The notes under the pieces were generated by a model. The model was not told the origin of the DNA. It saw nothing but the letters and a program-made list of their open reading frames with translations, and made no database searches. The position numbers and the translations under genes are program-made. A stretch of 64,000 bases of DNA. It comes from an uncultured Actinomycetes bacterium. GTDB lineage: Bacteria; Actinomycetota; UBA4738; HRBIN12. The stretch is taken from positions 221,702 to 285,701 of the forward strand of contig CAVSFP010000009.1 of the NCBI GenBank assembly GCA_963727185.1, read 5' to 3'. Shown piece after piece: positions 18,776 to 28,585 of the stretch; position 1 is the stretch's first letter; each line of letters begins with the position of its first letter.

Positions 18776-19732
18776 TTACGGGAACTCGATGACGCGACCG
18801 ACGCCTCTCTCCAGCGCACGGTCGTAGCAGAGGGCGCCAAGCGCCACGTCGTCCATCGCGATCCCCATGTTCAGGAACATGCGCCGCCCCGACGCGGGGA
18901 CCGGAAGCGTGCCGGCCACGATCTCCGCGAGCTCGCCGTCGGGCTCGCGATATCCCTCGAAGTGCTCCGCGACGTTGGCGTGGTACTGATCCAGGTCATC
19001 GACCGCGTAGAGGACCGCGTCGCTCGAGACGTGCGGGTCCAGCCCGAACTCGTAGTCGACCGGCAGCAGTAACGCATCGGGCGCGGACCCCTCGCACGTC
19101 AGGCGCTCGGGAAGCATGGTGGTGAGCGCGGTGATCACGAGGTCGGCGCCGGCGATGGCGTCCTCCGCTGACACGGCCACGGTCGCGCGCCGGTCACCGG
19201 CGAGCACCAGCAGTGTCCGGGAGGCGGCTGGCTCGATATCGAAGGCGCGGACCTCCGCGACATCGGGGCAGAGCTCCAGTAGGAGCTCCAGGTGTCGACG
19301 CGCCTGCGCGCCCGCACCGACGATCGCCACCGAGCGCGGGCTCGCGGACACCTGCCGGAGCACGACCCCCGAAACGCCCGCCGTCCGCATCTCGGTGACC
19401 CACCCGCCATCCATGATCGCGAGCGACCGGCCGGTCTCAGCATCGGTCAGCACGAAGATCCCGTTGATGTAGGAGAGCCCTCTCGCCCGGTTGGACTCAT
19501 AGCCCGCGATCCACTTGAGACCGGCGCGGTCCACGCCCCCCAGGTAGGCGGGCATGGCGTTGATGAATGCGTCGGGCCGCGGATGCAATGCGGGTTTCGG
19601 CGGGTTCTGGACCAGGCCGTCCGCCTTCTGCCGGAACGCATCCTCCAGCACGCCGACGAGGTCGGCCCAGGTCACCTCGAGCGAGACGAGCTCGTCTCGC
19701 CCGAGGACCAAGAGCTCGTTCGCGCCTCTCAC
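18776..19732 (-). CDS. ornithine cyclodeaminase / mu-crystallin family protein
   Basis: 318 aa with family-typical segments: INAMPAYLGG..GLKWIAGY, TEMRTAGVSGV and the Rossmann motif VAIVGAGAQARRHL. Confidence 0.85.
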   Translation of the reverse strand: MRGANELLVLGRDELVSLEVTWADLVGVLEDAFRQKADGLVQNPPKPALHPRPDAFINAMPAYLGGVDRAGLKWIAGYESNRARGLSYINGIFVLTDAETGRSLAIMDGGWVTEMRTAGVSGVVLRQVSASPRSVAIVGAGAQARRHLELLLELCPDVAEVRAFDIEPAASRTLLVLAGDRRATVAVSAEDAIAGADLVITALTTMLPERLTCEGSAPDALLLPVDYEFGLDPHVSSDAVLYAVDDLDQYHANVAEHFEGYREPDGELAEIVAGTLPVPASGRRMFLNMGIAMDDVALGALCYDRALERGVGRVIEFP

Positions 19733-19842
19733 GGCGTGAGTGTACGTTCAGGTTTCACGGGGCTTCAGACGGTGCAAGCTGGAGGCCGCCGGGCCACCGG
19801 AGAGACCGCCCTCTCTACGCCCTTCGGCAGCCTCTGCGCGCC

Positions 19843-20232
19843 CTAAGCGCTCCAGAAGGCGTCGGCGGCAGCCTGGTCGAACGGTGTGATCCAGACTTCT
19901 TTCGCCTTGCCGTCTTCGATGTGGAACACCAATACCTGCGCCAAGGTGACCGTGTTCCCACGGCGCGTCGCCGTCGCGCTCACGAGCGCGATGGTGTGTT
20001 CGTCGTCAGCGACGATCGCGTGGATCTCCTGGCTGAAGGAGTCGGTCTCTTGAGGGATCAGTGCGAAGCTCCCGAAGACCGCCTGCTTGCCCACGAAGTC
20101 CCCCGCGATGACGCCAGTGCCCGAGGCATGCCAGACGACGTCGTCGCTCATGATCCCATCGAGCGTCGCCATGTCTCCCGCAGCGAACGCCTCGAAGCCT
20201 TTCCGAACCAGGTCCGCATTCGGATGTGCCAT
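19843..20232 (-). CDS. SnoaL-like / NTF2-fold protein
   Basis: ATG 20232 gives MAHPNADLVRKGFEAFAAGDMATLDGIMSDDVVWHASG..., a typical SnoaL_2 N-terminus. Its 3' ~185 bp recur at 62337..62521. Confidence 0.75.
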   Translation of the reverse strand: MAHPNADLVRKGFEAFAAGDMATLDGIMSDDVVWHASGTGVIAGDFVGKQAVFGSFALIPQETDSFSQEIHAIVADDEHTIALVSATATRRGNTVTLAQVLVFHIEDGKAKEVWITPFDQAAADAFWSA

Positions 20233-20408
20233 CGTCGCCCTCCCGTTCCATCGGTATCCAGAACTGCTCTCCAGCGAGCGTACCTCGCGAACCTGCTCCC
20301 CCCGTCGCCGGCGGTCCAAGCGACCTCGCGCGAGACGTCTCGTTCAAGGACGTTGTCGCCTTGGGTCGACAGCGAAACCGAAGGAGGCTTCATCCTCGAG
20401 CGAAGCGC

Positions 20409-20735
20409 CTAGTTAGAAACGGGAGGGTAGGGCGGGAAGTGTTCGTCGATCGCTTCAAGCTCACGTGCGCGTGTCTCTCCGTCTTCGGTCAAGACGAAAG
20501 GACGGTACAGATCGATGCCTCGCGTATAGCTAAGCGGCCTGTGCCCGTTCGCTACCAACCCAGCCTCGCGTAAGTCTGAAAGCATCCGATCGACGACGGC
20601 GGGCGACTCCGGGACGACCCGGTTGTCGGCGTCCTCGACGTAGGAGGCGAGTTCGGCTGCATCGACGGCGGTTCCGATCCAGGACGCCCGTCCCTGCCAC
20701 ATCGCCAAGACCAACGTGTCAGCGGAGGAGCGCAT
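20409..20735 (-). CDS. hypothetical protein (possible winged-helix)
   Basis: Internal ATG of ORF 20409..20897 gives MRSSADTLVLAMWQGRASWIGTAVDAAELASYV...MLSDLREAGLV. It lies in a lower-GC patch. Support is weak. Confidence 0.3.
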   Translation of the reverse strand: MRSSADTLVLAMWQGRASWIGTAVDAAELASYVEDADNRVVPESPAVVDRMLSDLREAGLVANGHRPLSYTRGIDLYRPFVLTEDGETRARELEAIDEHFPPYPPVSN

Positions 20736-20846
20736 ACCACGAGCGTACCCGTATCTCAGTCGAGCAACCCTGCGATCTACGATCTTGGCAGTCTGATTTC
20801 CGTCAAGGTACCCCTTGGTAGAATGCCCTCGGGCTAGGATGAGGTC

Positions 20847-21188
20847 GTGCCTCGACCTCGAAGGGACCTGTCGACGCCCGAGAAACGGCACCTGCACTCG
20901 CTCGAGGGCCGTATGACACGGCTCGAAACCGAGCTACAGGCCATGCGCCGTGAGTGGGCGGAACTGGTCGAGGAGGCAGGCCAAGCGGCCGTGGCGCGAG
21001 AGCTGGGCGTATCGCGGCAGGCCGTCGCGGATCGCCTGCGGTCGCATCCGAGCGAACCACGAGAGAAGGAGCGGTCGGTGAAAAGCGCAAGGGGTCCCTT
21101 TGCGTTTTCCCGTGGCCGGGTATATGTTCGGTCGAGGTACCGGAGCGGCGCGAGCCGGTTCAGCCACCAGCGGTCAGAGCCCACCTAG
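20847..21188 (+). CDS. small HTH-containing hypothetical protein
   Basis: A coiled-coil-like N-terminus is followed by the HTH-like segment AAVARELGVSRQAVADRLR. Confidence 0.4.
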   Translation: MPRPRRDLSTPEKRHLHSLEGRMTRLETELQAMRREWAELVEEAGQAAVARELGVSRQAVADRLRSHPSEPREKERSVKSARGPFAFSRGRVYVRSRYRSGASRFSHQRSEPT

Positions 21189-21416
21189 GGCAAGCAACGT
21201 CAGCCAGCTAAGAGCTGCCGCAGCGCCGGGAACCTACGAGCCCCCGATGGGGCGGATGGAAGATGGTTTGGCCGGTCGCAAGGCCGGTCGAAGAGGTCAG
21301 TGTTCTTGCAAGGTGGACCTCTGAGAGGGCGGCCCCGAAGGACCGCCCTCCCCTGTTTCCTGGCTCGGTGCACGCGCCGAGGATCGGCTAGGGATCCGAC
21401 CCTGCGTCGAGACATG

Positions 21417-21454
21417 CCGCGGGACTTGATCCTCCCCGCGGGACTTGATCCTCC
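21417..21454. repeat. perfect 19-bp tandem duplication (CCGCGGGACTTGATCCTCC x2)
   Basis: Read directly from the sequence. It ends just 5' of an AGGAG box (about 2 nt away) and about 15 nt upstream of the GTG at 21470. Confidence 0.9.
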
Positions 21455-21469
21455 CTTAGGAGTTGGCCT

Positions 21470-21724
21470 GTGGTTCCGGAGGAACGTGTTCCGATCGATC
21501 GAGACCTTCGTCTGCACCTTCACGCGCTCGGGCCGACGGCGCGGACGGAACTTCTTCGCGTGCTGACCATGTCTCGTGGGAAGCGCGCTCGCCGGATCGG
21601 AGCTCTCTATCAGGTGCCCATGCTACAGACGAGCGCGGAGCTCCTCATGGACATAGAAGACGATCCTGCTGCACGGGCCGCCGTCTTGGCGGAACTCCGA
21701 ATCATGGAGCGAGAGGATGGCTAG
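21470..21724 (+). CDS. hypothetical protein (84 aa)
   Basis: ORF-track entry with AGGAG about 8 nt upstream of the start. No recognisable family. Confidence 0.35.
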   Translation: MVPEERVPIDRDLRLHLHALGPTARTELLRVLTMSRGKRARRIGALYQVPMLQTSAELLMDIEDDPAARAAVLAELRIMEREDG

Positions 21725-21792
21725 ATGCTCGCGTGTGGGTAACGCCTCTTGCCCACCCGCGGTTGCGTTGATCCGCTCAGGAGGTGAGAGGC

Positions 21793-21984
21793 ATGACATG
21801 GGAGGCCATCGGGCCTGAGATCAAGATCCTCCAAGCCGACAGCGGATTCTACTGGGAGCTGTGGAACGACGGTGAGCCCGTTCTGCAGAGCCTGAAGAAC
21901 TATCCTCACGCCACGGTCGAGGACTTCATCGAATGGGTCCGCCTGCACTTCGCAGAGATCGTTGTCGTCCCGTACGAGCCGTGA
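21793..21984 (+). CDS. hypothetical small protein, faint YegP/DUF1508-like pattern
   Basis: AGGAGG lies 9 nt upstream of ATG 21793. GFYWELWNDGEPVLQSLKNYPHATVEDFIEWV loosely resembles the DUF1508 repeat. Confidence 0.35.
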   Translation: MTWEAIGPEIKILQADSGFYWELWNDGEPVLQSLKNYPHATVEDFIEWVRLHFAEIVVVPYEP

Positions 21985-22189
21985 TGGTTGATGTCCCCCC
22001 ACTCCGTTGTCCCAACTGCACGAGTGATCTTCGGCTCGCCCATTGAGATGGCTAGGAATCGTCGAGGTTGAGGGTGTCTTCTCGGCCAAATGAGGAGAGA
22101 GCGCACCCCGGCTCATCGAGTAGTTATCGTAGGCGGGATGCGGCCGTCACGGCTTCGCCGATGCCGACAAGGCAAGGGAGGTCAACGAG

Positions 22190-22546
22190 ATGGTGGTTTG
22201 CGTTCCCGTAACCAGAGATGGCTTGATCGACCCACGCTGGGGTCGCGCGGATCGGGTGGCTATCGCAGAGGTAACTGCAAGCGGTATCGGGGACTGGCAG
22301 GAGTTCGACGTCGGGTGGAGTACCCACCACGATGCAGGAACTGAAGGCTCCCATCATGCACGTGTGGCTCGATTCCTCGTTGACCACCATGCCGAAGCTG
22401 TCGTCGCTGATCACATGGGCGAGCCGATGGCACACATGCTTCAGCAGATGGGTCTCGAGCTTCGCCTTGGGGCCAGTGGCGACGCGCGACAGGCCGTTAT
22501 GACGGTGAACGACAGCGAACTTCGCGGTGACCTAGGCCAACGCTGA
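22190..22546 (+). CDS. NifX/NifB-C-terminal-like (dinitrogenase FeMo-cofactor-binding family) protein
   Basis: MVVCVPVTRDGLIDPRWGRADRVAIAEV...VARFLVDHHAEAVVADHMGEPMAHMLQQMGLELRLG matches the small NifX/NafY-like fold pattern (Pfam PF02579-type). No nif genes are nearby. Confidence 0.55.
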   Translation: MVVCVPVTRDGLIDPRWGRADRVAIAEVTASGIGDWQEFDVGWSTHHDAGTEGSHHARVARFLVDHHAEAVVADHMGEPMAHMLQQMGLELRLGASGDARQAVMTVNDSELRGDLGQR

Positions 22547-22584
22547 CGAGCCGAGTCTGGCCCGGCCGACCCTTGGCGCGCTTC

Positions 22585-22806
22585 CTAACTCGCCAAGGCT
22601 CGCAACAGCGGGTACATCCTCAAACCGACCACCGCGGCCTCGGTCCGATTCGACACGCCGAGCTTCGCGTAGATGTTGCTCAGGTGGGCCTTCACCGTGG
22701 GCACGCTGACGTTGAGCTCCGCGGCGATCTCTCGATTCGTCTTCCCGACGATGAGGAAAGCAAGGGCTTCTTGCTCCCGGTGCGTTAGGTACGGGTGGTC
22801 ATCCAT
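22585..22806 (-). CDS. stand-alone LuxR/GerE-type HTH protein (73 aa)
   Basis: LTHREQEALAFLIVGKTNREIAAELNVSVPTVKAHLSNIYAKLGVSNRTEA is a canonical GerE HTH. No receiver or sensor domain is attached. Confidence 0.85.
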   Translation of the reverse strand: MDDHPYLTHREQEALAFLIVGKTNREIAAELNVSVPTVKAHLSNIYAKLGVSNRTEAAVVGLRMYPLLRALAS

Positions 22807-23082
22807 GATCGGCGTCCGGCGGCGGCCTCATACGCGATCGCTTGGAGACCTTCGGGGGGTACTGCCACGGGGAACGACGTCGTTCGCGCCACACCCTGAG
22901 TCGGTGGCGGAGGTTGTACGAGGGGAAGTTATGAAGTGGGGACATCCAGGACTCTCGACCATAGGCGCAGGCACGGTCGCCGCGTAACGCCCGTTGGCCT
23001 TAGCACCAACGACTGAGTCTCGAGGTGATGAGGTAGCGTCAACTCATGGACGACGAAGGCCGTTCATGAACCAGTAGAACGG

Positions 23083-23388
23083 CTAGAAGTGGTCACCGAT
23101 GCGTTCGTCGATCCAGACCCCGGGCTCAAGGATGATCAGGTCGAGGGTCACTGCCACGATCGCATGCTCCACGAAGGTACGGGCCGCCTCCTTGCTCTCG
23201 GCCCGCGCTCGACCCCTGATCGTGATCCTTTCGCCTTGAGCGTCGGGCACGACCATGACCTCCTCTAGCCCGTTGGCCGTGAGTTCTGCGACGAGCTCGC
23301 CGCGCCACTCGGGAACATCGAAGGGTGTGGAAGCGGGTGCCGGCTGGATGGTCGAGGCGCATCTAACGCTGAACTGTCGTCCGCTCAT
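23083..23388 (-). CDS. hypothetical protein (101 aa)
   Basis: ORF-track entry with a reasonable amino-acid composition. No family recognised. Confidence 0.35.
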   Translation of the reverse strand: MSGRQFSVRCASTIQPAPASTPFDVPEWRGELVAELTANGLEEVMVVPDAQGERITIRGRARAESKEAARTFVEHAIVAVTLDLIILEPGVWIDERIGDHF

Positions 23389-24014
23389 GGCTTACGCCGC
23401 CCCCTTGTTCCGGGCGGCTCGCAAGCGTCGCCTGATAGGACCATCGTCCATTCCTAGTGTCCCGTCAAACCCAGGTGGGAGCTTGCCTTCGGCGCGGATC
23501 TGATCCACCCGTTGGTGTGAGACTCAGAAGGACCGCGGCGGCCGCGGTCTCGCTGATCGGACGGTCTTACACGGCGAGCCAAGCCGCGCGCAGTGATCGG
23601 CCGGAGGAGCCTGAGCTGATCTCGGCCGATGGAGACTGTGCGCCGCTAGGGTTCGACGATTCCGCCACCGACGATCGGGACAGAAGCGCCGTTGTGCTTC
23701 AACCAACGGATGAAATCCACGGTGTCGTTCTTGTCGAGGTCGCCGTAGCTCTGTGGTCGTCTGTCGGTTCCAGAGCCCTCGGCTTGGTGAGTATCGGACC
23801 TCCCGTAGCTCGACTCGACCGAGGGGTTGAAAGAGCTTGGTATTGGACTTGCTTCGCCGAGTGGTCGTTTCACCTGAGGTCCTCGCACGTGTCGGGTGGG
23901 GCCGTAGGGAGGCCGACCCGATCGACATGCGGTGCCGTCGAACCGTGCGACGTCACCGGTCTCCGCGGTTTGGTCGATGACGCGTCGTCACCCTCGCCGG
24001 TCATGTCCGACGCC

Positions 24015-24971
24015 TTATCGCGAGAAGAGCGCGGCGCCCACCAAACCCGCCTGCGGCCCGATCGCGGACGGCATGATCGGGACCGCTCGCGCCGCGTCAG
24101 CCCAGATCGCGGCGCGAGCGGCCTCGACGGCCGCGTCCCGGTACGGACCCGCTGCGGAGCCCAGACCACCGCCCACCACGACGGCGTCGGGATCGAGCAG
24201 ATTGACCAGTTCGGCGAGCCCTCGCCCCAGTGCCCGGCCGGCAGACATGGCCACGTCGCGCGCTACCGGATCAAGCGTGGAACGCTCGAGGACATCTCGC
24301 GCGGAGGTTGCGACACCACCCGCATCGCGGTACCGCTGCACGAGCGCCGGACCTCCGGCGTACGCTTCGAGCGGCACGTCTCGGGGGCCTGGTCCAACGG
24401 TCGGGACATCGACCAGGACGCCGCTCCCGAGGAGGATCGCGGCGCCGTTCGCACCGGCCCACGGGCGACCGTCGAGCACGAAGCAGCAGCTGATCCCGGT
24501 TCCGATGGACACGAAGACGAAGGACTCCAGCCCGGCCCCGTGGCCGAATCGAGCTTCCGCGAGGGCTGCACCACGCACGTCCGCTTCGACGGCCGTCACA
24601 CCGAGGTCGGCCCACGCCGAAGCGAGGTTCCCGGACAAGCCGGGGATGACGACGTCGGTCAACACCTCGCCGACCGGCGACACGAGCTCAGGGACCACGA
24701 CGCCCACTCCTGCCGGCCGGACCTCCGAACCCGCGACCAGCTCCTCCACGACAACTCGGAGACGTCGGTGCAGGTTGTCAGCGTCTCGTTCCGCATGCGA
24801 GTCGATCTCTTGGACGTTCCGGACGATCCCCGATCCCACCTCGACGAGGCCGACCGCTGTCTTCGTCCCACCGACGTCGATACCGACCGCCAATCCCCGC
24901 TCCGACGCCATCATGCTGTCCGCTTCCAGTCGGTCATTGCTCGCCGGGAGGCCGCGTGTGGTCATGGACAT
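24015..24971 (-). CDS. ROK-family sugar kinase
   Basis: LAVGIDVGGTKTAVGLVEV (ATP-binding DxGxT) plus later glycine-rich ROK segments. The start is uncertain: ATG 24971 or 24965 overlaps the upstream gene, while ATG 24914 or 24911 lies after its stop. Confidence 0.85.
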   Translation of the reverse strand: MSMTTRGLPASNDRLEADSMMASERGLAVGIDVGGTKTAVGLVEVGSGIVRNVQEIDSHAERDADNLHRRLRVVVEELVAGSEVRPAGVGVVVPELVSPVGEVLTDVVIPGLSGNLASAWADLGVTAVEADVRGAALAEARFGHGAGLESFVFVSIGTGISCCFVLDGRPWAGANGAAILLGSGVLVDVPTVGPGPRDVPLEAYAGGPALVQRYRDAGGVATSARDVLERSTLDPVARDVAMSAGRALGRGLAELVNLLDPDAVVVGGGLGSAAGPYRDAAVEAARAAIWADAARAVPIMPSAIGPQAGLVGAALFSR

Positions 24972-26058
24972 GCGTCGAGGTGTCGGGGGTCCCGTTGACC
25001 AGCTGCAGGTCGCCGAACGTCGATGTGACGGCGACCATCGTCCCGTCTCCGGCCGCCGATCGGCGGCACGCGTCCACCACGTCGAGGACGTGGATGTCGT
25101 GGTCGAGGCTGAACACCTCCCATCGTCCCGAGCGCAGCGCCTCCACGGCGCTCCGCAAGCCGTCGGTCCAGTTCCATGTGCGGTCTGGGCTCGGGTATCC
25201 GCGCCAATGACCCCAACTCTCGCGGAACACCTCGATCCCTTCGGGGTCCCAGTCGTCGCCGAGCAGGTTCGCGGTCCCCTCGCTGCCGTACAGCTCGATC
25301 GCGGGACGTCGGTAGGCCCACACCGCGTGGCTCGCCATCACGGACGACGTCGCACCCCGCTCGTGCCGAAGCATCAGGTGCACGACGTCGGGATCGGGCT
25401 CACGGCCCTTCAGGGACTCCCGCTCGATATCCGATCGTGACTGTAGGCAACGGACCTCGCGAACGGGACCGAGCAGGGCGGTGAGCGACTTGAGGTTGTA
25501 GATCGCGAGATCGCCGAGCGGGCCGACCCCCGACGCGTGATACCAGGATGCCCACGTGGAACCCGGGTTCCCGTACATCGCGCGCGCCGAGTGGACCTGG
25601 CCGAGGACACCGGCCCGCACCCAGGCCCGCAGCATCCCGAACGCCGGCGAGAGCTGCACGAACGGTGCGACCGCGAGAAGGAGACCGTTCGCACGGGCGA
25701 GGTCGGCGAGCGCCCGGCCCTCGTCGGGATCGGAGGCGAACGGCTTCTCCACGACGACGTGCTTCCCGGCGTCGAGCGCCTGGCGCGTCAGCGCGGCGTG
25801 GCTGTCCGGGGCGGTCGTGATCAGGACCAGGTCGATGTCGCCGGCCAACACCTCATCGACGGTGGCGACCGCGCGCGTGCTCGGTCGCCGCGCGACGAGC
25901 TCGCGCCTCGTCTTGGCCCGGCGATCGCAGACCGGGCCATCGACCGCGGTGCCGGATGCGACGAGCGCGTCGAGCGTTCGCAGGTAGGCCCTGGACGCGC
26001 TGCCCGCGCCGATCAGGGCGACGACGACGGGTTCCCGATGCGCCCGCCGCCGAGGCAC
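24934..26058 (-). CDS. Gfo/Idh/MocA-family NAD(P)-dependent oxidoreductase
   Basis: GTG 26058 (aa 111 of ORF 24934..26388) overlaps the stop of the binding-protein gene. It has the Rossmann motif VVALIGAGSASRAY and the family motif HVVVEKPFA. Confidence 0.85.
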   Translation of the reverse strand: MPRRRAHREPVVVALIGAGSASRAYLRTLDALVASGTAVDGPVCDRRAKTRRELVARRPSTRAVATVDEVLAGDIDLVLITTAPDSHAALTRQALDAGKHVVVEKPFASDPDEGRALADLARANGLLLAVAPFVQLSPAFGMLRAWVRAGVLGQVHSARAMYGNPGSTWASWYHASGVGPLGDLAIYNLKSLTALLGPVREVRCLQSRSDIERESLKGREPDPDVVHLMLRHERGATSSVMASHAVWAYRRPAIELYGSEGTANLLGDDWDPEGIEVFRESWGHWRGYPSPDRTWNWTDGLRSAVEALRSGRWEVFSLDHDIHVLDVVDACRRSAAGDGTMVAVTSTFGDLQLVNGTPDTSTHVHDHTRPPGEQ

Positions 26059-27656
26059 TAGCCGATCCAGATCTGACGCCAGTCGTAGTTGTTGAGCGGC
26101 GCGCCGGTCTTCGTGGGCTCGACGCCATGCACTTGTGAAGACACCCCGTCGATCACCGGCGGGAACAGCGGGATGATGTACCCGCCGTCGTCGTAGTCGA
26201 TCTGCTGCATCTGGTGCACGATGTCGGTCCGCGCGTTCGCGTCCACCGTCTTCAACGCCTTGTTGTACAGGTCGGTGTAGGGCGGGTTGTCGTAGTGCGT
26301 CTCGTTGTACGGCGCGTCCGGGACGAAGAACTGGCCGACCGACGGCAGGTAGTACTGGTAGAAGGAGAAGTCCTGGGCGAAGACCCACTTCAGGTACTGC
26401 GGGCCGTAGAAGTCCGAGACCGTCACCTTCTTCAGGTTCACCGTCACGCCCGCAGCTTTCGCTTGCTGCGCGAAGACCGTGGCCATCGACGTCGCACCCT
26501 GCGCGAACTCCGACGTGACCAGGTCGATCGTCAGGCCCTCCAGGCCTGCCGCCTGCAGCAGCGACTTCGCCTGCTCGGGGTCGTAGGGCCGCTGTGGCAG
26601 GTCGTGGTTGTAGGAGGGGTCGTACAGGGACAACACATCGTTGCCGATCGTCCCGTTCCCGCCGAAGACCACGTTCATCATCTGCTCGCGGTCCACCATC
26701 AGACGGAACGCCTGACGAACGGAGGGATCCTTGAACGGATCAGCATCCACCCGCATCGTGAACGGCACCCACCCGCCGCCGGGCGAGACCACCGACTGGC
26801 CCCCGGAGGACGCGAGGGTTGCGGCGCCTGAGGCCGAGAGCTGGTTCACCATGTCGGCTTGTCCGCCGCTCAGCGCGTTCAGCTGCGCCGTCTCGTCGGC
26901 GAAGTCCGAGATCACGACCGTGTCGACGTACGGCTCGCCCGAGCGACAGTAGTTCTCGTTACGAACGAACGTGCTCTCCTGCCCTGGCGTGAAGCTCTGA
27001 TACTTGAACGGACCCGTGCCGACCGGGTTCTTCGGGTCATACCCCTGGGGGATGATGTTGTAGTAGTAGTTCGCGACCAGCTGATCCAAGATCGCGTACG
27101 GCGTCTTGCACGGGATCTGCACGGTCAGGTCGTCGATCTTCTTCATGTTGCCGACGTCCACGGCCGCCATCGGCGCGGCGCCCGGCAGCGGGGCCTTCGG
27201 GTCCACGATCCGCTGGAAGCTGTAGATAACGTCGTCGACCGTCAGCGGCTTGCCGTCGTGGAACGTGATGCCGCTCTTGAGCTTGAGCGTCCACAACGTC
27301 GCGTCCGAGTTCGAGGTGAACTCCTCAGCGAGGATCGGCACGAGCTTCGCGTCGTTGCCGAACCCGATCAACGGTTCGTTCAGCTGGAGGATCCGCGCGA
27401 AGTCGATCGTGGTGATCGCCGACTGGCAGTCGAGCGTGTCGGCGCTGGAGCCGCCGCTGATCGCCGCTCGGAGCGTGCCGCCCTTCTTGATCGCGGCGCT
27501 CGCGGACGGAGTGACCGAAGGCGTCGACGATCCGTTGCTGGTGCAGCTGACGGCGCCGAGGATCGGGATCGACACCCCCGCCAGCACGGCGGTGCGCAAC
27601 AGCTCGCGTCGACTCAGCGTCCAACCGTCACGATCGGACTGCGGTGTGCTCATCAC
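26058..27656 (-). CDS. ABC transporter substrate-binding protein, family 5 (DppA/OppA-like), Tat-lipoprotein signal
   Basis: 532 aa. The twin-arginine signal SRRELLRTAVLAGV is followed by the lipobox-like LGAVSC. The family-5 fold continues throughout. Confidence 0.9.
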   Translation of the reverse strand: MMSTPQSDRDGWTLSRRELLRTAVLAGVSIPILGAVSCTSNGSSTPSVTPSASAAIKKGGTLRAAISGGSSADTLDCQSAITTIDFARILQLNEPLIGFGNDAKLVPILAEEFTSNSDATLWTLKLKSGITFHDGKPLTVDDVIYSFQRIVDPKAPLPGAAPMAAVDVGNMKKIDDLTVQIPCKTPYAILDQLVANYYYNIIPQGYDPKNPVGTGPFKYQSFTPGQESTFVRNENYCRSGEPYVDTVVISDFADETAQLNALSGGQADMVNQLSASGAATLASSGGQSVVSPGGGWVPFTMRVDADPFKDPSVRQAFRLMVDREQMMNVVFGGNGTIGNDVLSLYDPSYNHDLPQRPYDPEQAKSLLQAAGLEGLTIDLVTSEFAQGATSMATVFAQQAKAAGVTVNLKKVTVSDFYGPQYLKWVFAQDFSFYQYYLPSVGQFFVPDAPYNETHYDNPPYTDLYNKALKTVDANARTDIVHQMQQIDYDDGGYIIPLFPPVIDGVSSQVHGVEPTKTGAPLNNYDWRQIWIG

Positions 27657-28558
27657 GACCTCCCTTTCGAGCTCATGTACGACGGCGCGGCCGCGAACAC
27701 GTACCGCGTCGATCCCTCGTGCGCCTGGTACCGGTGCTCCACTCCCTCCGGGACGTACCAGCCGTCACCGGGGTGGAGTTCGAACCACTTGCGTGCGTCG
27801 GGTCCCTCGACCGCCACCGCCAACGACCCCTCCAGGACGTAACCACACTCGTCGCCGGCGTGGGTGTGCCACTCGCCTCGCTGGCCTGCGTACAGGTCCG
27901 TCATCCCCACCGTGAGGTGCTCGGTGCTGACGAACAGGCCGACGGGAACGGGGTTGGGGCTGCCCGGCTCCAGGCGCCAGCGAAGATCGGCCGTTCGCAC
28001 GACCCGGATCGTGTCCTCCGCCGCCAGCGGAGCGCCGGGGACGAAGGTCCCGAGTTGTCGGTCGTCCCCGAGGGCGACGTCGGACAGCAACGGCTGCGAC
28101 CGCGCGTAGGTGCCGGACGTGCCGGCCGCCGGCGGCGGCGCGAACATCTCGAGCACCCGAAGCGGCTCCGGACCGACCGCGTGCGCATGGTGCCAGGTAT
28201 CGCGCCTGAAGAAGGCGGCGTCGCCGGCCTCGACGCGGTGCGCCTCACCGGTCGAGGGGTTCGCGATCATCATCGTGCCGTTCACGACGTAGAGGACCTC
28301 GTCGGCCGCGAAGATCGTGCGGAACTCGTCGGAGTGGCGGAACGACCCGTGCGGCGGGAGGCCGAACACGAGCTCGTGGATCTTCGCCGAGGAGACGTAG
28401 AGCCAGTCCTGGACCTCGCCAGACCCCTCGTCGCCCCAGGTGTAGGTGAGGACGTCCGCGCGGCGCAGCGCCGTCGCCTCGTCGAAGGTGGGGCGCGGCG
28501 ACGGGCGGTAGCCACTCACCGGGGCTTGCACCCGCGGCGTCGAGGCGGCGATCCCCAC
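27653..28558 (-). CDS. bicupin protein (two cupin_2-like barrels), function unknown
   Basis: 301 aa. The first barrel reads ..FRHSDEFRTIFAADEVLYVVNGTMMIA..GEAHRVEAGDAAFFRRDTWHHAH. The second reads GEWHTHAGDECGYVLEGSLAV...HPGDGWYVPEGVEHRY. It has an ATGA overlap with the downstream binding-protein gene. Confidence 0.7.
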   Translation of the reverse strand: MGIAASTPRVQAPVSGYRPSPRPTFDEATALRRADVLTYTWGDEGSGEVQDWLYVSSAKIHELVFGLPPHGSFRHSDEFRTIFAADEVLYVVNGTMMIANPSTGEAHRVEAGDAAFFRRDTWHHAHAVGPEPLRVLEMFAPPPAAGTSGTYARSQPLLSDVALGDDRQLGTFVPGAPLAAEDTIRVVRTADLRWRLEPGSPNPVPVGLFVSTEHLTVGMTDLYAGQRGEWHTHAGDECGYVLEGSLAVAVEGPDARKWFELHPGDGWYVPEGVEHRYQAHEGSTRYVFAAAPSYMSSKGRS

Positions 28559-28585
28559 CCGCTCCCCATCAGCGCGACCCTACAA

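Noticed and set aside
23646-23888. An 80-aa minus-strand ORF ending ..DFIRWLKHNGASVPIVGGGIVEP.
   Set aside because: It has no recognisable family and no clear RBS, and overlapping alternative ORFs are of similar quality. Evidence is too weak for a feature call.
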